A stretch of 64,000 nucleotides of DNA from Octopus sinensis. Its lineage: Eukaryota. Both the position numbers and the translations under genes were made by a program. Positions 1 through 15,622 of this stretch are shown here, piece after piece. Position 1 is the first letter of the stretch. Each line of letters begins with the position of its first letter. The DNA lies in the NCBI RefSeq assembly GCF_006345805.1, contig NC_042999.1, positions 140,430,001 to 140,494,000 of the forward strand, given 5' to 3'. The notes under the pieces were generated by a model. It was not told where the DNA came from, ran no database searches, and was given only the letters and a program-made list of their open reading frames with translations.

Positions 1-1183
1 GAATAATAACATGGATCAAAAACTGAATCTAGACACAAAAAATATAGTAGTGGATTGGATGTAATGGATAAGGTTGTGGATATTGTTGCCTGCTAAAGTT
101 CTGTACTATAATATGACAGTGTTGAATGTAATAATATTGTTTGTAGTTGAAATACTACCTGAAGAGTTGCAGAATAAGTGGTGTGATGTGGAATGACCGA
201 ATGACCATTTGATTTTTACAGTAGATTCAACTGGGGAATATTTAATTAAATAATTTTACCAAGAAAAAAAGGCAACACAATTAATATGAAAATCTATAAA
301 GATTCATGATTCTAAGTCTCTTAATAAATAGTTAATTCTAACTTAAATACAAAGATTCATGGGTGTAAATGTTACAACTATGATTAAAAACTAGGCAACA
401 CATTACAGGTACTTGACAATTTTCCCCAAGTAATGTGAATGAAATATATATATAATGATGATGATTGACATTTCCAGTCAAGAATGATCTGTTAGTGCCA
501 GATTCAACATTCAAGTAAAAGACATAATCAGTGGATGAAGTGGCTGATGAGACAGACAGGTACATCCTAAATGTAATTCTCATATAGAATCAACATGACA
601 GTATGACAAGGCTGGATGTTGATTTACAGTCCATCTAAAAGGCATCTACTCAAGCTTAAGTAATTCAAGCCTATGGTAAAAGATATTTGCTCAAAATGCC
701 ATGCAAGGGAATCAAATGCAGGACTTCATGGTTACAATGTAAACTTTTTAACTACTTGGCCATATCTGTCTTCTACTTATCTAACTATAGGTAGATAATG
801 CATGTAGGTATAGCCGATAAGTACAAAATAATATTCTATGCTGAGGGGCTACATATAATCTATATATATATATATATATATAAAGAGAAAGAGAGAGAGA
901 AAAAACAAAACAAAAACACTACTTGAGCAAATAAAGATAACTTCTTCATGGTAGCTCAATGTGCTAGAAATAGCTGCCAAATTTAACTCAACCTTTAGTT
1001 TTCCATATAATATTTGCTCAGTCAGGACTGACACAAGCTATACAATTTAAAAACATTAAACAATAATTCTTTGGTCAATAAAATTTTAGACTTGTAGAAC
1101 ATTATCCTTTCTACACTTATTTAAAACAAGTATTATTGTCTTTATTCAACACATCAATTTATGTTTAAAAATTTATGTGTGTA

Positions 1184-1212
<29 letters not shown>

Positions 1213-1217
<5 letters not shown>

Positions 1218-1595
1218 TTTATTCTTTTACTTGTTTCAGTCATTTGACGGTGGCCATGCTGGAGTACCGCCTTTAGTTGGACAAATCGACCCCAGGACTT
1301 ATTCTTTGTAAGCCCAGTACTTATTCTATCACTCCCTTTTGCTGAACCGCTAGTAATGAGGATGTAAACTCATCAACATCGGTTGTCAAGCGATGGCTGG
1401 GGGGACAAACACAGATACACAAATATATACATATATATATATATATGATGGGCTTCTTTCAGTTTCTGTCTACCAAATCCACTCACAAGGCTTTAGTCAG
1501 CCTGAGGCTTGAGTAGAAGACACTTGCCAAAAGTGCCATGTAGTGGAACTGAACCTGTGGTTGGAAAACAAGCTTCTTACCACTCAGTCATGCCA
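1213..1595 (-). mobile_element. Same tRNA-derived SINE family, full length
   Basis: Reverse-complement similarity to 59095-59490 over its whole length. Confidence 0.85.
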
Positions 1596-4500
1596 CATAT
1601 ATTATGTGATGTCAGATCTCTCAGAATGCTACTGGTAACAAAGAAATCTAGTATAATTTGTTACTTGGTTGAGTCATTGTAACTAAATTGGCACCATCAC
1701 CAGTTTTGCATGGTGAAGAGTGTTGATAAAAACCCAGCAGGACAAAAACACATCCTATCACAGATGCGAATATAAACCTAGCATAAAATTAATGAGTATC
1801 AAGTGATAATGTAGAAAGACACAAAAATACTTGAAGTGGTAAACAAGCATGCTATCAGCTTACTTTGGAAGTGATGGACCCTTAAAACCTTGACCATAGC
1901 AGTAAGTAGTTGAGGAGTCACATTGTGGTTATATGTGTTATTCTGTGCATTGTAGTTTGTTTCTACAATCTGTTTTTGCTTGTTTGATATTATTAAATAA
2001 ATTTCTTCATGGAGAACATGACATATGATATGGACTGCAATAGTAAAGGATACCAACACTAATCTGTTTGGCTTTTGAACCCCTACCTTCCCTAGCACAT
2101 GAAACACTGGGCACAAATTCATGTTAGACAGTTTGACGGAGAGAGTGGTGTACCCTATGCACAAACTTATTTCTGTTTAAACATTAAAGCAAACTCTTCC
2201 AACCACAACATTTTCTTTTGTCTGTTTTGTTTCTGAACACTCATATACTGTTCTTGACAGGAGAATTTATCACACACATATACATACATACACACACAGA
2301 TGTGTGTATGTTAGGGTATGCATGTGTTTGTGGGAAGCTGTGTCAGTATCTTCTGGGAGGGGACAGTTTTAATAAATTTTAACTATGAGGATGGTTTAAA
2401 ATATATCAACAACTGAAAACTTGCAACAGTGAGGGGAAAAAAAATATAATTAAAATATTTCATAAGTGTTCTTTAACAGCAGAGAAACAAATAAAGACTC
2501 AACAATGGCAGTATGGATAATTTGTTTTGTGCAGTTATAAAATGGTCATGAAAAATTAGGAACCAGCTATTCCCAAGATATCAATATGTGACCAAAAATT
2601 GGGAACATGTCATCAACATCTTTGTTGTCATAATAACCTACCAAGTTATATATACACTACTTATTTCAAATAAGAAACTCCATGTGCAGATCAGCTAAGA
2701 CAGTTGATTTACAACCTTCAAGCTCTGCGAAATTCTAGAAACTTTATAAAGCACATAGACTAAATTCTTTAATATGCTTGAAATGAGTCAAAAATGACTG
2801 ACGTTCAGGAGAGGAATAAGTTCCAATACTGTAGAACACTAAATACCTTAGTAAATACTAAAGTATTTATTTGTTAAATATATAAATATCAAATAACATA
2901 ACTTATGACTGGATTTTCTCATGAACACGAAATAACAGATTTATAGAGAAGGAAATTAAATTCAACATTCTTCTTTTTGTTTTGAGCCCTATGGGCTACA
3001 TAAATGAAATGAAAGGGCTAAAATTGAGAATTCTAATCAAATCAAAAACTAGGATAACCATAACATAAATTTAAAATTAACTATTAATAATGTTTATGCA
3101 AATAGCGCCACTCTATTGTTTATACAGCACTTTTACAAGAATAACAGTCAGGGACAGGGAATTTAATAGTAAAATTAGGGTTAATATCTAATGTAACAAT
3201 GTTCAGTGCTTTGAATATCTGAGGTGAAATTTTGACACTCATGAAAACAAAACTGAAACAGAGACCCTTTATCTTTTCTATTTGAAAATTTAGACCTTCA
3301 CAAAAAAAGATCTACTATCAAATGAATAGCTGTGCTTTTCTTTGCATCACACTAAGAGTAAGGATTCTGATAATTTCTATAAGTAATGGACTGTGAAGAA
3401 GTGAGTGCATTATATAAATTATTTTGACATATGCACACACACACACACACACACGAGGTAAATAAACATTTCTATCTCTTGACAATCCCACCTGTTCACA
3501 ACATGTAAAGTTACCCTGACCCAAGGGAAATAATTGTTTATGAAGTTTGCTTTGTTTTTCAATAGTTTTATAACCAACATGGATTTTGATTGTAAATAGT
3601 AGATATGAAAACAAAACAGAAAACTGCTAAACTCATAACATCATATTTAAATTATAAATGGACCAAAGATAATAAATATCACAATTGTGTTTGTCATGGA
3701 ACAGTCAGCAATGAACAAAAAGAAACTGCAACAGGTTAATAAATAGGTTTAAAATAACAGACAATAAAACTCTGAAGATTAGCAAACACAAAAATGGGAT
3801 TGTTGTAGAAAAGTCAATTATTTTCAAATGTAACAAATAGATAAGAGAAAAACAGAAAGTGTTATACAAGGTTATGGTGAATTTTAGTAAATAACGTTTT
3901 TTATAATATATATATATATATATATATAATATATATATATAATTTTGTTTAATTTTTGTTGTGGTTCAGTAGAGAGTCTGTAACTTTAACACATTTCATA
4001 TGAATAAAGTAAATAGCAAAAGTGCCAATTATTTCTCCTTCTTCTTCTCTTAAGATTACTTTTGGTAAAAGAAATTATATTAATAGACTAATTTGTGGTG
4101 TTAAATAAATTTTGTATACTAGATAGCAATGAAGAGAGAAAAAATTAGGCAAACATGAATAGAATGACAACATTTTTAGTTAAATATATTAAAGATAAAT
4201 AAATAAAATGCATGAATCTGCATTTGTAATCTACACTAATACATGTTGACTGATATATGTTTGTCTCAGAATGTAGGAAAGAGACACAAATATAAGACCA
4301 ATTCATATATGATACCTACAAGTCAGGTAGCTAGTGAATGAAATATATGTATCAACAGTATCGTTTTGTATCAGTTTTGGATAAATTAATGGTATTTGTT
4401 TTCTAAACAAAACAGGAATTTCTGCTACACTAGAGGTAAGTATTGAAAGAGATACATTTTGATTTCTGAATTCACTATTGATTGAGAAGCCCATAGCCTA

Positions 4501-5090
4501 ATTGGCAGTGAGATCAGTTGAATGTACTTTTATGTTCTGGGGCTCTATATTTAATGAATTAATTATTAAACAAAGAACACTATAGAAAACTTTCAAAATA
4601 AACATGTCAATATGAGGGATTATTCATGCAAAACAGTCTCTTCTATTTCATCATTCATCATCATTACAATATGATTAAATGATGACATATGAAGAGAACA
4701 ATTAAATCAGACTTGTTAGATCAACCAATGAAATCTAAGAAATACAACAAAGGGAATATAATTGCAGTTTAAATGTAATTTTTAAAGAATTTTTTAAACA
4801 TTGTACTGGATTAAATCAATCAAGTTATGAGCTGTAAAATGACTTAATTTAGAAAAATGATTCTATGAAATTAATTCTTGAGCTTGTCACTTAACTAATT
4901 GCTAATATTGATAACTTTTTAAAAGTTACACATTAAATGAAATGTTTAATTTTAGAAAAATAATTGAAATAAGGAAAATACCAGGAAGTAATATAAAGAT
5001 AATAGCAGCATATTTAATACTACTTCATAAATTAGGATATTTTTTTACACATGAAAGAATTGACCAATATTTTACAAGAAATGTAAACTC

Positions 5091-5123
<33 letters not shown>

Positions 5124-5239
5124 TAGTAGTAGTAGTAGTAGTAACAGCAGCAGTACTCTATAATGCATGGTTAGCATTATTTTTATTATTTACTGTAAAC
5201 TTGTCATTTGTTTATGTTTCATTATGGGCAATAATGAAT

Positions 5240-5510
5240 GTAAATTCCCCTCAGTCTTTGACAATTCTTCTAAGCCTTTTGTCGTTCACAGTTAGGATTT
5301 CCTCAGTTTACATTTTTTCACGCTCAGAGTTGCTGAAGCATGGAATAAACTGCCTGTGTCAGTTGTTGACTGCCATGACACTGCATCTTTTAAGGCCCTC
5401 ATGCTTTCCGAAATCCGCCGAAACTACACCTGATTATATATACACTTTAGATGAGTTGTAGTGCACCTGAGCACTGTACACAATTATTATTATTATTATT
5501 ATTATTACTG
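5240..5510 (+). mobile_element. CR1/L2-clade LINE 3' end with (ATT)n tail
   Basis: FFTLRVAEAWNKLPVSVVDCHDTASFKALML (FxxRVxxxWNxLP motif), stop, short UTR, then (ATT)n. Confidence 0.8.
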
Positions 5511-6100
5511 ACAGTGTAAAAAAGAACTAGACATTGAAAGAAAACTATCTCAAACTCTAGAAATATAATAGAAAGAAATATTTTACTAAATCTTATAATC
5601 AGTTATCTACAATACTTGTTTTTCAAAGATGGTCCAAAGTTTCCTAAATTTTTAAAAAAATAAACAGTATTTGGTGACATTATTAGTTTCCATAACAATA
5701 TGGCAATTAATTGGAAATACGAGTTCTATGTTCCTAATGGCAACAGAAAACTTCTCACAGTTTTGAGGTACAATTTCTTTTCAATATTTTTGCTCTTAGT
5801 AATTTTTAATTTACTTATGATAAAAAGAGGATAAGATTTGGAACAAAAATCAAGTGTTGGTTGATCTTCAAAGATCCCAAAAGATATCTCATATACTGAA
5901 ACTTAAGAAATCAGTAAATTTTTCTAAAAATTTATCAAATGTATGCTATAATGATTTGTACAATCAAATATATTTATAATTAAAAATTAAATAAAAACAA
6001 ACTATACAGATATTAAATTGTGTGCATCGTAAGAATCTGCAAAAAAAAAAAAATACTTTTTAATAAATAACAATCTGTTCAAGAAACCACAAATACAGCA

Positions 6101-6175
<75 letters not shown>

Positions 6176-6183
6176 ATATATTA

Positions 6184-6380
6184 TATTGGGGTAGGCTGGT
6201 TTATGGGGTTGCCCTGGGTTTTTCACTCATAGGAAGTTTAGCCTTATAGCATATCTTCAAACCTCAAACATTGCTGGCCTGAGATCTCTTTAAAAAAAGA
6301 GGTCTCAGGCCAACAGTGTTGAGTTTATATTACATGCAAGAAACCCAGGATAACCTCATAAACCAGCCTACCCCACAATA
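6184..6380. mobile_element. Fold-back MITE with long TIRs and an internal hairpin
   Basis: 6184-6221 is inverted relative to 6341-6380. Internal stem AACATTGCTGGCCTGAGATCTCTTT / AAAGAGGTCTCAGGCCAACAGTGTT. Confidence 0.75.
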
Positions 6381-7757
6381 ATATTAACTGCTCTACATCT
6401 TAAAGTCTGTTTCTTCTCTGGATTTATGTATTTCTACAAGTGATATATAGATGTGTGTGTATGTATGTATATACAACTTACGGTTTTGTTAAGGAAAGCT
6501 CAACAAAAAAACATATTCTAAGTGAGAGACAAATATTAATTACTGTACACAGCATAAAGATATGAGCTACTAATAGTTTTTTGCTTTGGAGATGTGGGTC
6601 TAGGCCGGTTTTTATAACATGCTGTGTCTGCAAGAAGTCATCAGGCTGTATGTACGTGTATATATATATATATATATATATGGGTTGGACAATCCAACAT
6701 ATGTCAGCATGAAACACGGACATTAAATGATGATGATGATGATGATGAATTATAAATATATACATATACATATGTGTGTATGTATATATATAAACATATA
6801 CACATACAGCTCCACTTATATAAATTCACACACATACATAGAAATATATATAAACATATATGCATTTAGTATATATATATAATACATACACACACATTAA
6901 TATATACATGCAAAATATGGGAGTAAGAATTCTTGGATGTGTTCACTGAAAAATATAAATAGTGATGGATATAATAAGTTAGAAGATAGAATATCTTTTC
7001 TTTTTTTATGATAATTTATATACAGAAGTATAAAATATATGAATTTTCTTAAGCAAAAAGTACACTACAGCTTATTTTACATTTGGTGTAGATGTCTAGC
7101 ACTGGAAAGTTTGGCTGTGGTCTATCATTTCCTGAGAAAATTCCTGACATTATACATATCTCTGTATATAAATAAAAGAAGAAAAAAAAACTAGATACTT
7201 TATATCCTCTGATACATTTTACTCTATCATTACTAATATGCTATATATATAATATATATATAAATATGCATATATGTAAGTATCAATATACAAAATTCAC
7301 AGGTGAAAAGACATGAATAAACTGTGTTTTCCACTCAAGACGCTTAAATAAAGAAAAGATAAATAGAGAGCATAATGTAAAGTAAATAATGAACGACAGA
7401 AGAACAAGGGTTAGTAGTCCTGTGATATATGTGTATGTGTATAAATATAGACATGTATTTATATATAAGCATATATATATATATGCACATACACATTATG
7501 TACATGTATCTATATGTATGCATGTATATTCCATAAAAAGTATATAGTGTATTATCTGTATGTTATACCCATGTATACTATTTACATAAATATGTATATC
7601 TATCAATTTACACACATACAGAGTCATGTAAAAATCTATAAGTGAGATTGTACTTGTTTATTTGTCAATATAGTGGGTATATTATTCAAAGTATTATAAT
7701 CTAGTTTGAATGAACCCTATTTGCAAGATCAAATGTAAAGTACTATATACTTTGATA

Positions 7758-7798
<41 letters not shown>

Positions 7799-8482
7799 GT
7801 ATATCTATGTGTGTGTGTGTGTGTATGCAAGTGTGTATGTTATACATGCATACATATGTAGTTGTATCTATCTATCTATATACACACATATATATATATA
7901 TATAAACATGTGCTACACACACACACATATTTATCTATAAGCCGGTATTTATGTATAAATGTGTAATATGTGATCTGCATATGGTCTATATGAATTGTAA
8001 GAGAGAAAATGTTGATGAGTAAGAATAAGTTTGAGCCCAGCTTGAAATCTGGTGAGTGAAAGGTCTAATAGCATAAGCCATTGCACTATTTTTAGTAGAA
8101 GAATTGAACAATATGAACATGATCTTCCTCTATGTTATGTCAAAAGATGTGCTTATATAATGAAATAACACAATATCAAATCGGTATTTATTAAAAGCAG
8201 TGTCAAATTCTCTCTCTGCTTGTACTCATACATACATTAGATATAAATATACAATCACACACACACACACACACACACGTATCCATACAATGATATATGT
8301 GTGTGTGTGCATGTATATGTAGGTATCTATGTATATATATATACAAACACACACATATACATACATACATATATGCACATAATCTCTCACATGCACTTAT
8401 GTTCACATGGACATACATATATATACAATATATATAAATAATATAATATATAAATTATACATATATATATATATATATATGC

Positions 8483-8514
<32 letters not shown>

Positions 8515-8986
8515 GAGAGAGAGAAAGGGTCATATAAATAAGTTTATGTACATGCAACAATAACAGGTAAGCTGCATAATTGATCTGTGTGGAACAGCAG
8601 TTGATATGCAATATGTAATTTGAGAAAACAATTTACCATATATACCTGTTAGAAAGATGAAAAAAATGTGAGGCAGCATGCTTTAGTATTATCATAAATA
8701 TTAATATGTAGTTTTACAAATATTTTTGATATCATACAAGGACATTAACCTATAAAGAAAAATTAAACAAATGTATAAAATGTTGGCCTTTTTAATAATT
8801 TTTAACACAGAACCATGATAATTACCCTATATGATATGTTAGGTTGGCATGTATGAAAAGAGGGAGTAAACAAACAAATAACGTAGGTGTGTGTGAATGT
8901 TTCTAGAAGAATTCTCCATTGGTAGATAATATTGAATTTAAGGACATGCATTAACAAACAAATTTTCATACATATATATGTGTGTT

Positions 8987-9060
<74 letters not shown>

Positions 9061-10186
9061 TACATATGCACACACATACATATACATTTTAAACAGGTAT
9101 TATTCATATAGTATATGTGTGTGTATATATTTTTTTTTAAATATTTAATAAAAAACATCTTCCTTGAAAATATTTTCATTCTGTTTTATATAGTGGTTAA
9201 CATTGTGACCAAGAAGCTAGTCATACCACATATACAAACACACACATACAGTCTCTCTCACTTTTCTTTCTCACATATACACACAACCCCCAATGTATCC
9301 TTGTTATGTTTAGAAATGCAAAGTCAATAACAACAGCAGCAACAAATAAAGGTAGTTATTTAAAAATAAACAGAAAAAAAAACCCACAACAACATGAAGA
9401 TAAATAGCAAAGCAAGTTAAAAACAATATATTAAGAAATTCAGTATTATTTAGGGACGGGTATTTCAATATAGGAGAAAAAGTGATAAGATACAAAAATA
9501 TTTAGAGGAAAGCAAAACACATTAAAAAGAGACAATAAAAGAAAAGTAGTAACTTAATGATGGTGATTAGTGTTCAAGAGAGCTGGGGAGGTGGCTATTG
9601 CAATATGCAGAGTGTAACAGCCAGGACTCCTTTATAAACTCCTGATGTCATCAAAATGGGAATCACATGCGTTAAGAAGTAGATCTGAAGAATATCCACA
9701 TTAAAGCCAGCATGGCCACAACCAGAGTGCTAATCCAGCATTACTGTTCATGGTAGTGCTGTTGCTAGTAAAGTGATGGGTATGCTATTGACTGTAAGTT
9801 GGTGGTGTTGTTGGCTCCTCAGTTTAAACATCCTAACATCTTTCTCTGTGCAGGAGATAAAAAAACCACGGAACAATGGAGAGAGGGTGAACAAAAAGTA
9901 TAGCTAGCAACATTTCTCTAAAGTAAAAAGAGTGAATATATACATGTATGCATATGTGTATATATATGTACGTCTGTATGTACATATGTATGTATGTATA
10001 TTTGTATGTATGTATGTATGTATGTATGTATGTACAATAAATAACATAAAAATAAAACAAAATTTATTAAAAGCAATTTTTATCACAGAAGGGAAGTTGG
10101 TGCAAGGAACAAAAAAAAGCACAAGGATAAATGGAGAATTTATATTCAAAATATATAAAAAAAAACAAAACACACACTCACACAAA

Positions 10187-10233
<47 letters not shown>

Positions 10234-10779
10234 ATTATGGATATTTGATGAGAATTATTCACACAGATCAAAATCAACTATTGTTCTGTAGAGTAAAGGT
10301 TTAGAGTTGTTACCGTCAGGGTATCATCTCATGCTTTCGAAAGCAGACAATTATATTTTTTATATCACCACAAATGCTTTGTGATGTAAAAAAAAAGTCT
10401 ATTCTCTGAAGCAATTTTAAATAAAACTTCCAAGATAGAACATTTAATAATTATCAAGAGAGTTGGTGTGATGTTTGCAGTTTTCAATATCACCTGGAGT
10501 CAGTGCATTACAAAAATGGATAGACAGACTGACAAATAGATTGACACATAAAAAGAAAGGAGCATAGAAAATGGACATGTGTAAACATACACACACAAAA
10601 GTAATTCAGCAAGAAATTTGTGAGAAATGTGTTTGGATATTATAATTATAATTAAAATTATTATTATTATTTCTATTATTATCGTTGTTGTTATCATTAC
10701 TACTGATTAGTTAGTGTCAAGGATTTGTTAACCTTAGCAGTGGGAATTAGTTATGATAATAATTAATACTAATTTAGGG

Positions 10780-11160
10780 ATAAAGTCAGCAATTTTTGAC
10801 AGGGAAGAGATTAGTCAATTAAATCAACCCAATATTTGACTGGTACTTATTTTACCAACCCTGGAGGGATGAAAGGTTTAGTTGACTGTGGCAGGATTTG
10901 AACTCAGAACATAACGAGCTGCTTTGTTCAATGCTCTAGGGATTCTGCCAATCCACCATCCTTAATAACAATGGTTTCTCATTTAGGTAAAAGACTTGTA
11001 ATTTTGAGGGCAAGAGGTTAGTTGATACCATCTACCCCAGTACTAGACTGGTACTTGATTATATCAAGTCCAGAAGGATGAACTCAGAATATAAAGAGCT
11101 AGAAAAAAACTATTAGGTATTTTTCTGATACCTAATGATTCTGTCAATCTGCTGCCCCAA
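10780..11160 (-). mobile_element. Two tandem copies of a second tRNA-derived SINE family; further copies at about 19990-20150 and 34410-34620
   Basis: Repeated GACTGGTACTT...GATGAA..GATTTGAACTCAGAA motif (antisense B-box and core). Confidence 0.7.
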
Positions 11161-11845
11161 ATAATATTAATAGAAGATATAGAAATTATTCAAGTTAATG
11201 GAAGGAAATGATTAGAGAAGAAATAGTTTTGTAAGAGATATTTCCCAAAACTCTGGCATTTCTATCAGAAACTGCTTATAATATATCATATATTATTTTG
11301 ATTTTTTCTTTCTGCTTAAAAGGAGCTGTTAGGATGATGTTACATTAGGTTATGGACTTGATTTAAATATAAGAACTGCTCACTGATACATAAAATAATT
11401 CTGAGTAGAATGCTAGAGTCCATCACATTAATTTCTGAAAGTGATCGTGTTAAGATAAAATATTTCAAATTCATAACAATATTAATTTTCATTAGTATCT
11501 TAAGCAAAAAATATAATAAAAGAATGTCTTATTACTTGGTAAAAAAAAGAAGAACCACACAAAAGAAATAAAATCATTAGACTTCATATTAACTTGTCTC
11601 ACATGAAAATGTGAAGAAAATTTTTTGATTAATTTCTATTTGTTTCCAAAATGTTCATGTGAAAGTAAATGTTTGGATGTATATACCTCAATAAAATACA
11701 TACATGCAAAGGGCTACTGATGTAGTTTGCATGTATACAAACATCTCAACAAGGTAGATGGGCACAAGCACAGATACAGAAAGTTAGATATGAGTATATA
11801 TATATATACATATATATATATACATATATATATACATATATATAT

Positions 11846-11915
<70 letters not shown>

Positions 11916-12449
11916 CACATGCATGTATGCACTTTAACAAGGTACATGTACATAAACATTTACTGAAAGTTAGGTGTGTGTATGTATTAACACATCTATA
12001 CAAAGGTATTCCACCCAAAACTGAACATCTGAAAATAAAATATCTGAAAGCTGTTTCAGCATACACATGTAAAAATACATATTCAAGAGATTATAAATAT
12101 CCCTTTTCTCCCTTTCTCTCTCTCTCACACTCTCACTCTCATTCACTTTTTCTCTTTCTTTCTCATTTAAAGTGCTGGGTCAGCTGACTGGTCCGACTAA
12201 GCTTGTAGGGATTGTTTGAAGACAAAAATAATATCTCCAAAATTATACATCAAACAGCAACATTTTGGTGGCAGGACGATTCAAAACCTAGCTCTCATTC
12301 CTTGGTTGTCATCAATATTATTTTTTTTACTGCACCTGAATATCAGGAGAGAAAAATGAACAAGTTTAAGATTGCCAGCAGCAAATGCTTATAATCTTCT
12401 GTCTTTCCTTTTGCATTATCCCATTCTTAGTCAAGTTCAATTATTTGAA

Positions 12450-12462
12450 CTAAATATATATA

Positions 12463-12497
<35 letters not shown>

Positions 12498-12833
12498 GTA
12501 ACAGATATAATATATATATATGTAATAGATATAATATATATATATAATGTATACATAATATATATATATATGTATATAATATATATATATATATAATGTA
12601 TACATAATATATATATAATATATATGTAATATATGTATATATATTACATATATATGATACATATATATATAATGCATATATATTACATATATATGGTACA
12701 TATATATATAATGCATATATATTATATATATATATATACATAAATAAATTCATATATATATATCTAATACACACACATTATAAATACATATATTGACACA
12801 CATACACACGTGTGTGTGTATGTATATATACAT

Positions 12834-12914
<81 letters not shown>

Positions 12915-13749
12915 ATATATATATATATATATATATGAATATATATAATTTCTTTTCTTAAATAAAAAACAAAATAATTTTCTGTAAATGTTCTTTCTTT
13001 TGCTTCTTTTTTCTTTTTCATATTAACAGGAAACTGGAGTATTTGGATGACAGCAGTAAAAATTTCATCAAAGTAAAAAAAAACAAAAAAACTTTCCTTC
13101 CTCCTTCCCTAAATACAGAGAGACATTCTCCTTTACCTTTTTTTTTTTTTCTCTTTTTAAAAACAATACCAGATTAATGTTTTTGTGTTACTTATTGGTT
13201 GAGATATCCACCCACTCTGACCATGTTAAAAAAAAAGTCCTTAAAAAAATGAAAAAAAGAAACAAAACATGATGTTTGTATTTCTGTAAAACTTGTCATC
13301 TTTTTTTGTTTGTTTCTTCACATTACATGTAGAAAGTCTTGTCTGATGAGTCATAAGCATTGATGCAAATGAACTTTTTCATTTAGTCATTCACCAGTGT
13401 TTGTTATAAAGAAGAAACCATCATTAAAAACATGTAGAAAATAATTAAATAGCATTTCCAACCATTTCAGAAATATAGGAAAGAGTCAGAGAAGGTGGAG
13501 ATGGAGAAGGAGGAGGTGAAGACTGTGCTTGTGGTGTAAGGGTTGTTGGGGTAAGTGAAGTGCATATATATATATATATATTATATATATATAGATATAT
13601 ATATATATATAATATATATATAATATATATATATTATGTAATATATATATATATATTATATAATATATATATATATATATAAAAGTATATATTATATATG
13701 TATATATATATATATAAGTATATATATATGTGTATATATATATATATAT

Positions 13750-13789
<40 letters not shown>

Positions 13790-13920
13790 TACATATAAAA
13801 GTATTATATATATATGTATATATGTATGTATATAATACACACATATATATATATATATAATATATATATATTATATATATATATTATATATATATATACA
13901 CACATATATATATGAATATA
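12450..13920. repeat. Two long compound (AT)n microsatellite tracts (about 12450-12940 and 13560-13920)
   Basis: Direct inspection. Confidence 0.95.
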
Positions 13921-14888
13921 AAAAATAATAAGTCTTTAAAAACTAGACATTTTGAGTTAAAAATTAGGAACATTATAAACTGCATTTTATAAAATGATTA
14001 GTAATAAATTAAAAGAAAAAATATGATTCATATTTTTCACACACACACACATTGACACATATCATAAATTATATAAACTTAAATTATAGAAAATTAAATG
14101 TACATTCTTTTTGTTTGTTTACAGCAATATTAAAAAACCCCAACAAACACACAAATAAAATGCTCTATTTTTTCCACACGTTTTCAATTATCATTGTTAT
14201 TTGTTATTATTATTATTATTATCAGTGATATTTTTGTTTATATTCTTCTCAAACTGACATCATCAGCATTAAGACCTGAAAGGTAGATATCCCAAAAAAT
14301 GGTCTCTGACCATTAGCAGTATCAAGAACAGGTCAAAAGCCTTTTTCAAATTGAACGGCGAGGCTGTGGATCATATTTGAAAACACTTAAATACACACAT
14401 GCACACACACACACACACACACACAAAACGATGAAGATGATAATAATAATAAAAATAATAATAATGATAATAATAATAATAAAGGTTAGGATTAATTGTT
14501 TTTTTAGAAAATTAGAAAAGAAAATTAGAAAAGAAAATTTTTCCTTCAGTTTTAGATCATTCCAATGTGTTGGAGCATGAGGGGTGTCATATATTTGTGT
14601 GTGCTTTTGAACATGTGTAATGGTGTTTCCACAAAGCCTCTTCAGTGAGCGCAAACATATTAGCTTATGTGTGGAATTATATAACACAAAGTGGTGACGT
14701 TTAGGTGTTGTGCACATGTATGTATATCTATGCACACACATATACACACACACATGCACACACAAGGAAACATGAGAGATATTGGATATGTGCATGTTTG
14801 CAAAGAGACATACTTATGTGCATGCACTACATGCACACAAATACATCTTTAGAGGCAAATATAAATATATATATATATATACATACAC

Positions 14889-14941
<53 letters not shown>

Positions 14942-15580
14942 GGTAGCTCATCTATCTATTTTGTGGGGTTGGCAGATTCTGTTAGCCAACCCGTAAGATA
15001 CTCCATTGGTTGACAACAACCACACCTATGCCTCAGTCACAAGGAAGCGACATCTGTTAAATTGTCCATGGATGGTCGCTTATGATCCCCAAAGACGTCT
15101 CAGTTTTGGTTGAGTTTGATTTCCATTTGGTTTCAGATTTTGGTTTTAGTTTGGCAAGGAAGGAAAATTGCATTTAATTTCAGTTAACCAGTGGTGGTAG
15201 GAGGGTGGAGTCCGTGGAGTTTTTATCCGTCGGTTGTGGACGGGTAGGTGGAATCATTGTCGTTGTCGGCGACGGCGATGACAATGATGACAGCGCAGCT
15301 GTCACAGCAACAACACAGTGATGACAGATAATAAAGATCTCGGATGTGTAATCATCAATGATCGTCATGATCATCTTCATCATCATCATCATCCTTATGA
15401 TCATCATCATTATCAACATCATCAAAAATCGTAGTCATCATAATCTTCATCATCATCATCATCATAATGCAAACCAAATAAGACAAGATTTTTTCAATTA
15501 ATTTCCTCTGCTGCTGTTGCTTTTGTTGCTGTTGGGATTGTGGTTGCTCATGATGTTATATTTCATAAGGAAAAAGCCAG

Positions 15581-15622
15581 TCATTTCTTAGGGAGAGCAT
15601 GCTGGATCTGCAGACAGGGTTC
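15581..15622 (-). CDS. Candidate last coding exon of the long Cav1 isoform (EPCLQIQHALPKK*), followed by a putative long 3' UTR
   Basis: Strong acceptor atctttatttcttgtatatgcttttag|; phase 0 gives 13 aa then TGA. Followed by unique, SINE-poor sequence. No homology support for the peptide. Confidence 0.35.
   Translation of the reverse strand, partial: EPCLQIQHALPKK

Noticed and set aside
158-2164. Short open frames with splice-like signals at 158-230, 480-570 and 2080-2150 (minus)
   Set aside because: Phases do not join up and no protein family is recognisable, so a second gene cannot be supported.
4416-9870. Isolated plus-strand splice-like motifs (GAG|gtaagt about 4436, CAG|gtaagc about 8567, acceptor about 9852)
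   Set aside because: They do not assemble into an ORF; an antisense lncRNA cannot be excluded but has no support here.
14670-14720. Minus-strand NVTTL, resembling the ancestral Cav1 VTTL terminus
   Set aside because: Not followed by a stop, and no acceptor upstream (microsatellite context).
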